Shown here one piece after another: positions 34,667 through 36,620 of a DNA stretch of 36,620 bases (the stretch's first letter is position 1; each line of letters opens with the position of its first letter). The DNA is from a virus (taxonomy: Duplodnaviria > Caudoviricetes): IMG/VR virus record IMGVR_UViG_3300022833_000028, positions 1 through 36,620 of that record. One strand, given 5' to 3'. The translations under genes were made by a program, and so were the position numbers. Under the pieces are notes generated by a model that saw nothing but the letters and a program-made list of their open reading frames with translations, searched no databases and was not told the origin of the DNA.

Positions 34667-35001
34667 GCCGCGCCGGGTTGATGCGGGATCGCGTGCGGTT
34701 TGATCGCAAGAAAACCGGCCGCGATGCTTACGGCAATGAGGCCGAGGGCTGGCAAGAGGGCTTTTTGAAAACCTACGGCGATATTCTGGAAACGCTCGGC
34801 AAGGAACGCGTGGCCGCCGGGCGATTGGAAGGCAACGCCACCGCCACCTTGCGGGTGCGTGGATCTGTGGCGGCCTCGGGGATCACGGCGGCGGACCGGG
34901 TTTTTATGCGCGGCGGGCTGTGGTCAATCCTTGGCGTTGGCAGCGTAGGCCGCAAGGGCGAAACGCTGGAATTTCTTTGTGAGCGGGGGGGCGCATTATG
35001 A
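34663..35001 (+). CDS. Head closure / head-tail adaptor
   Basis: AG.MRDRV.F......D.YG....W; G.E...AGR; I...DR. Confidence 0.85.
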   Translation: MSRAGLMRDRVRFDRKKTGRDAYGNEAEGWQEGFLKTYGDILETLGKERVAAGRLEGNATATLRVRGSVAASGITAADRVFMRGGLWSILGVGSVGRKGETLEFLCERGGAL

Positions 35002-35342
35002 GCGTGACAGGTGACGGCCGGGTAAACCGGCGGCTGCGCAATCTGGCCAAGTCGGGGCCGCGTGCGGTGGGGCAGGCCAGCGCCGTGACGGGCCGATCAA
35101 TGGTGCGAATTGCCAAGGCGTTGATCCCGGTGGATAGCGGCGACACGCAAGACGAAATCGAAATGACGCAATTCCGGGATGGGTCGGTGCTGGTCAATTT
35201 TGGCCAAAAGGCCAAGGTGATTGAAGGCGGCAAAGGCCCGCACCCCTACGTCAACCCAACCCTAAAGGTTGAACGCAAGCGTCACCGCGCGCGGGTTAAT
35301 CGCGCGTTGAAAAAGGCTCTCAAGGTCGCGTTTAGTGGCTGA
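34998..35342 (+). CDS. HK97 gp10-like neck protein
   Basis: AK.L.PVDSG; HPY..P; basic composition; synteny. Confidence 0.75.
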   Translation: MSVTGDGRVNRRLRNLAKSGPRAVGQASAVTGRSMVRIAKALIPVDSGDTQDEIEMTQFRDGSVLVNFGQKAKVIEGGKGPHPYVNPTLKVERKRHRARVNRALKKALKVAFSG

Positions 35343-35760
35343 TGGTCCCGCGCTGGCGTTACAGGCGGCCGTTGTGTCGCATCTTTTGAGCCTGCCCGCT
35401 GTGTCCGATTTGGTCGCGGCCCGGATCTATGACGAGCCGGGGCCGTCTGCGGAATTTCCTTATATCCGCCTCGGCAGTCTGGATCTTGCCCCGTTTCGCA
35501 CCGATGGCGCAACGGATTGGGATATCATGTTGACGGTTGAGGTGCACTCGCGCCCGGTGGCGGGCCGGGTGGAAGCTGCCCGGATTGCGGGCGCAATTGT
35601 GGCGGCTCTTGAGGGGGCCGAGGCGGCGGCGGTGCCTTTGGCGGTGCCGGGCTATCCGCTGGAATGGTGCCAATTTGAGGCGCAGGCCGTGGCCCGGCAA
35701 AGCGATGGCGCGTCCTACGTCGCCACAATCGCTTTTCAAGTTTCGCTCTCGGGCGGCTGA
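35335..35760 (+). CDS. Tail terminator protein (DUF3168-like)
   Basis: LQ.AV...L......V..RIYD.P.....FPYI.LG. Confidence 0.85.
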   Translation: MADGPALALQAAVVSHLLSLPAVSDLVAARIYDEPGPSAEFPYIRLGSLDLAPFRTDGATDWDIMLTVEVHSRPVAGRVEAARIAGAIVAALEGAEAAAVPLAVPGYPLEWCQFEAQAVARQSDGASYVATIAFQVSLSGG

Positions 35761-35769
35761 TCAATCCTT

Positions 35770-35815
35770 GGCCGCACGGGCCGAGGCAACCTTGGGGCTG
35801 CGGCCCCTTTTTTTT
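35770..35815 (+). terminator. Intrinsic terminator-like hairpin with T8 upstream of the tail tube gene
   Basis: GGCCGCA...TGCGGCC outer stem, inner CCGAGG/CCTTGG stem, T run 35808-35815. Confidence 0.55.
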
Positions 35816-35833
35816 GGAAAATTGGAGATAAAA

Positions 35834-36256
35834 ATGGCTAAGCAATTGGGCCGCTTGATGCTGATCAAGCTGAAAGAGGATGCGGCGTTTGTGACGCTGG
35901 CCGCGCTGAAATCGAAATCTATTTCGATCAATAACAACGCGGTTGATGTGACCACGCCCGACTATGACGCCCCCGAGGGGCCTTTGTGGACCGAAGTGCT
36001 AACGGGTGCCACAAATCTGGCGGTGTCCGGGTCGGGCTACGCCAAGAAACAGGCGGCCGAGGCCACCTTGGTGGGGATCGCGCTTTCTGGCGATGCGGCG
36101 GCCGAGTTTGAAATTGTCGTGCCCAATATCGGCACATTTTCCGGCTTTTTTCACGTCGCCACAACCGATCTTGGCGGAGAACAAGAGGACGGTGTAACCT
36201 TTGGGTTGTCGCTCAATTCCACCGGCGCAATCACCTTTGTGGCCGAGGCCGCCTAA
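35834..36256 (+). CDS. Major tail (tube) protein, TP901-1/GTA type
   Basis: MAKQ.GR..LIK; S.S.N...VDVTT.D; VSGSG; G.F; L.STG.ITF; GGAG RBS. Confidence 0.9.
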   Translation: MAKQLGRLMLIKLKEDAAFVTLAALKSKSISINNNAVDVTTPDYDAPEGPLWTEVLTGATNLAVSGSGYAKKQAAEATLVGIALSGDAAAEFEIVVPNIGTFSGFFHVATTDLGGEQEDGVTFGLSLNSTGAITFVAEAA

Positions 36257-36610
36257 ATGGGGATCGCGTCAACGGCGCGCTATGAGGGGGACGTGGGCGG
36301 CATTAGCCGCCCGCTAACCCTTCACAATGCTGAAATTGAGCGTTTCGAGGTGCAACACGCGCCATTTGGGATCTATGACCTTTGGGATCGCCTGTTTGAG
36401 CGCGGCGCGGAACCACAAGCCCGCCATGTGCGCGATCTGGTGGCCTTGGGGCTGGTGGGCGCAGGCATGACGGACCGGGCGGCCGATGATCTGGTGGGCG
36501 CGCTGCCCCCGTCTGAAAATATGGCCTTGCGCGAAACCGCGCGGATGTTGCTGGGCACCACGTTTTTGCCTGCTGTTCTGAATAGCGAAAAAAAAAACGA
36601 GGCTGGGTAG
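36257..36610 (+). CDS. Tail assembly chaperone (GTA-like), gpG form
   Basis: Between tail tube and tape measure genes; LGLVGAGM...A motif; slippery A run before the stop. Confidence 0.85.
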   Translation: MGIASTARYEGDVGGISRPLTLHNAEIERFEVQHAPFGIYDLWDRLFERGAEPQARHVRDLVALGLVGAGMTDRAADDLVGALPPSENMALRETARMLLGTTFLPAVLNSEKKNEAG

Positions 36611-36620
36611 CCGGGCCGCG
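36481..36620. repeat. Terminal direct repeat (circular assembly overlap), copy 2
   Basis: Matches 1-140 except one base. Confidence 0.95.

Overview
The window is a complete, circularly permuted genome of a temperate HK97/lambda-like siphophage with a unit length of about 36,480 bp; bases 1-140 repeat at 36481-36620 with one mismatch. Protein types (GTA-like tail chaperone, RcGTA-type head-spike base, GafA/DUF6456-like regulator) point to an alphaproteobacterial, probably Rhodobacterales, host; this is inference from recognition, with no search run. Gene order on the circle: HNH-terS-terL-portal-protease-capsid-connectors-tail tube-frameshifted tail chaperone-tape measure-tail tip; lysis cassette (holin candidates, M15 endolysin, overlapping spanins); T5 A1-like nuclease, SSB, dNMP kinase; attP made of a promoter plus the 5' half of tRNA-Ser(GCT); small accessory genes and a head-spike locus; int/xis; repressor/cro; primase, D5 helicase, adenine methylase; iteron origin; putative late activator. 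The most interesting signals are non-coding. (1) A tandem pair of NrdR-box-like sites, plus a CtrA-like box, sits on the putative late activator, suggesting host dNTP sensing gates late expression. (2) A bipartite promoter motif occurs three times, ahead of ssb/kinase and the accessory and spike genes. (3) One operator palindrome is shared by the immunity switch, the xis-int operon and the lysis cassette. (4) The 5'-half tRNA attP lies 5 kb from its integrase.
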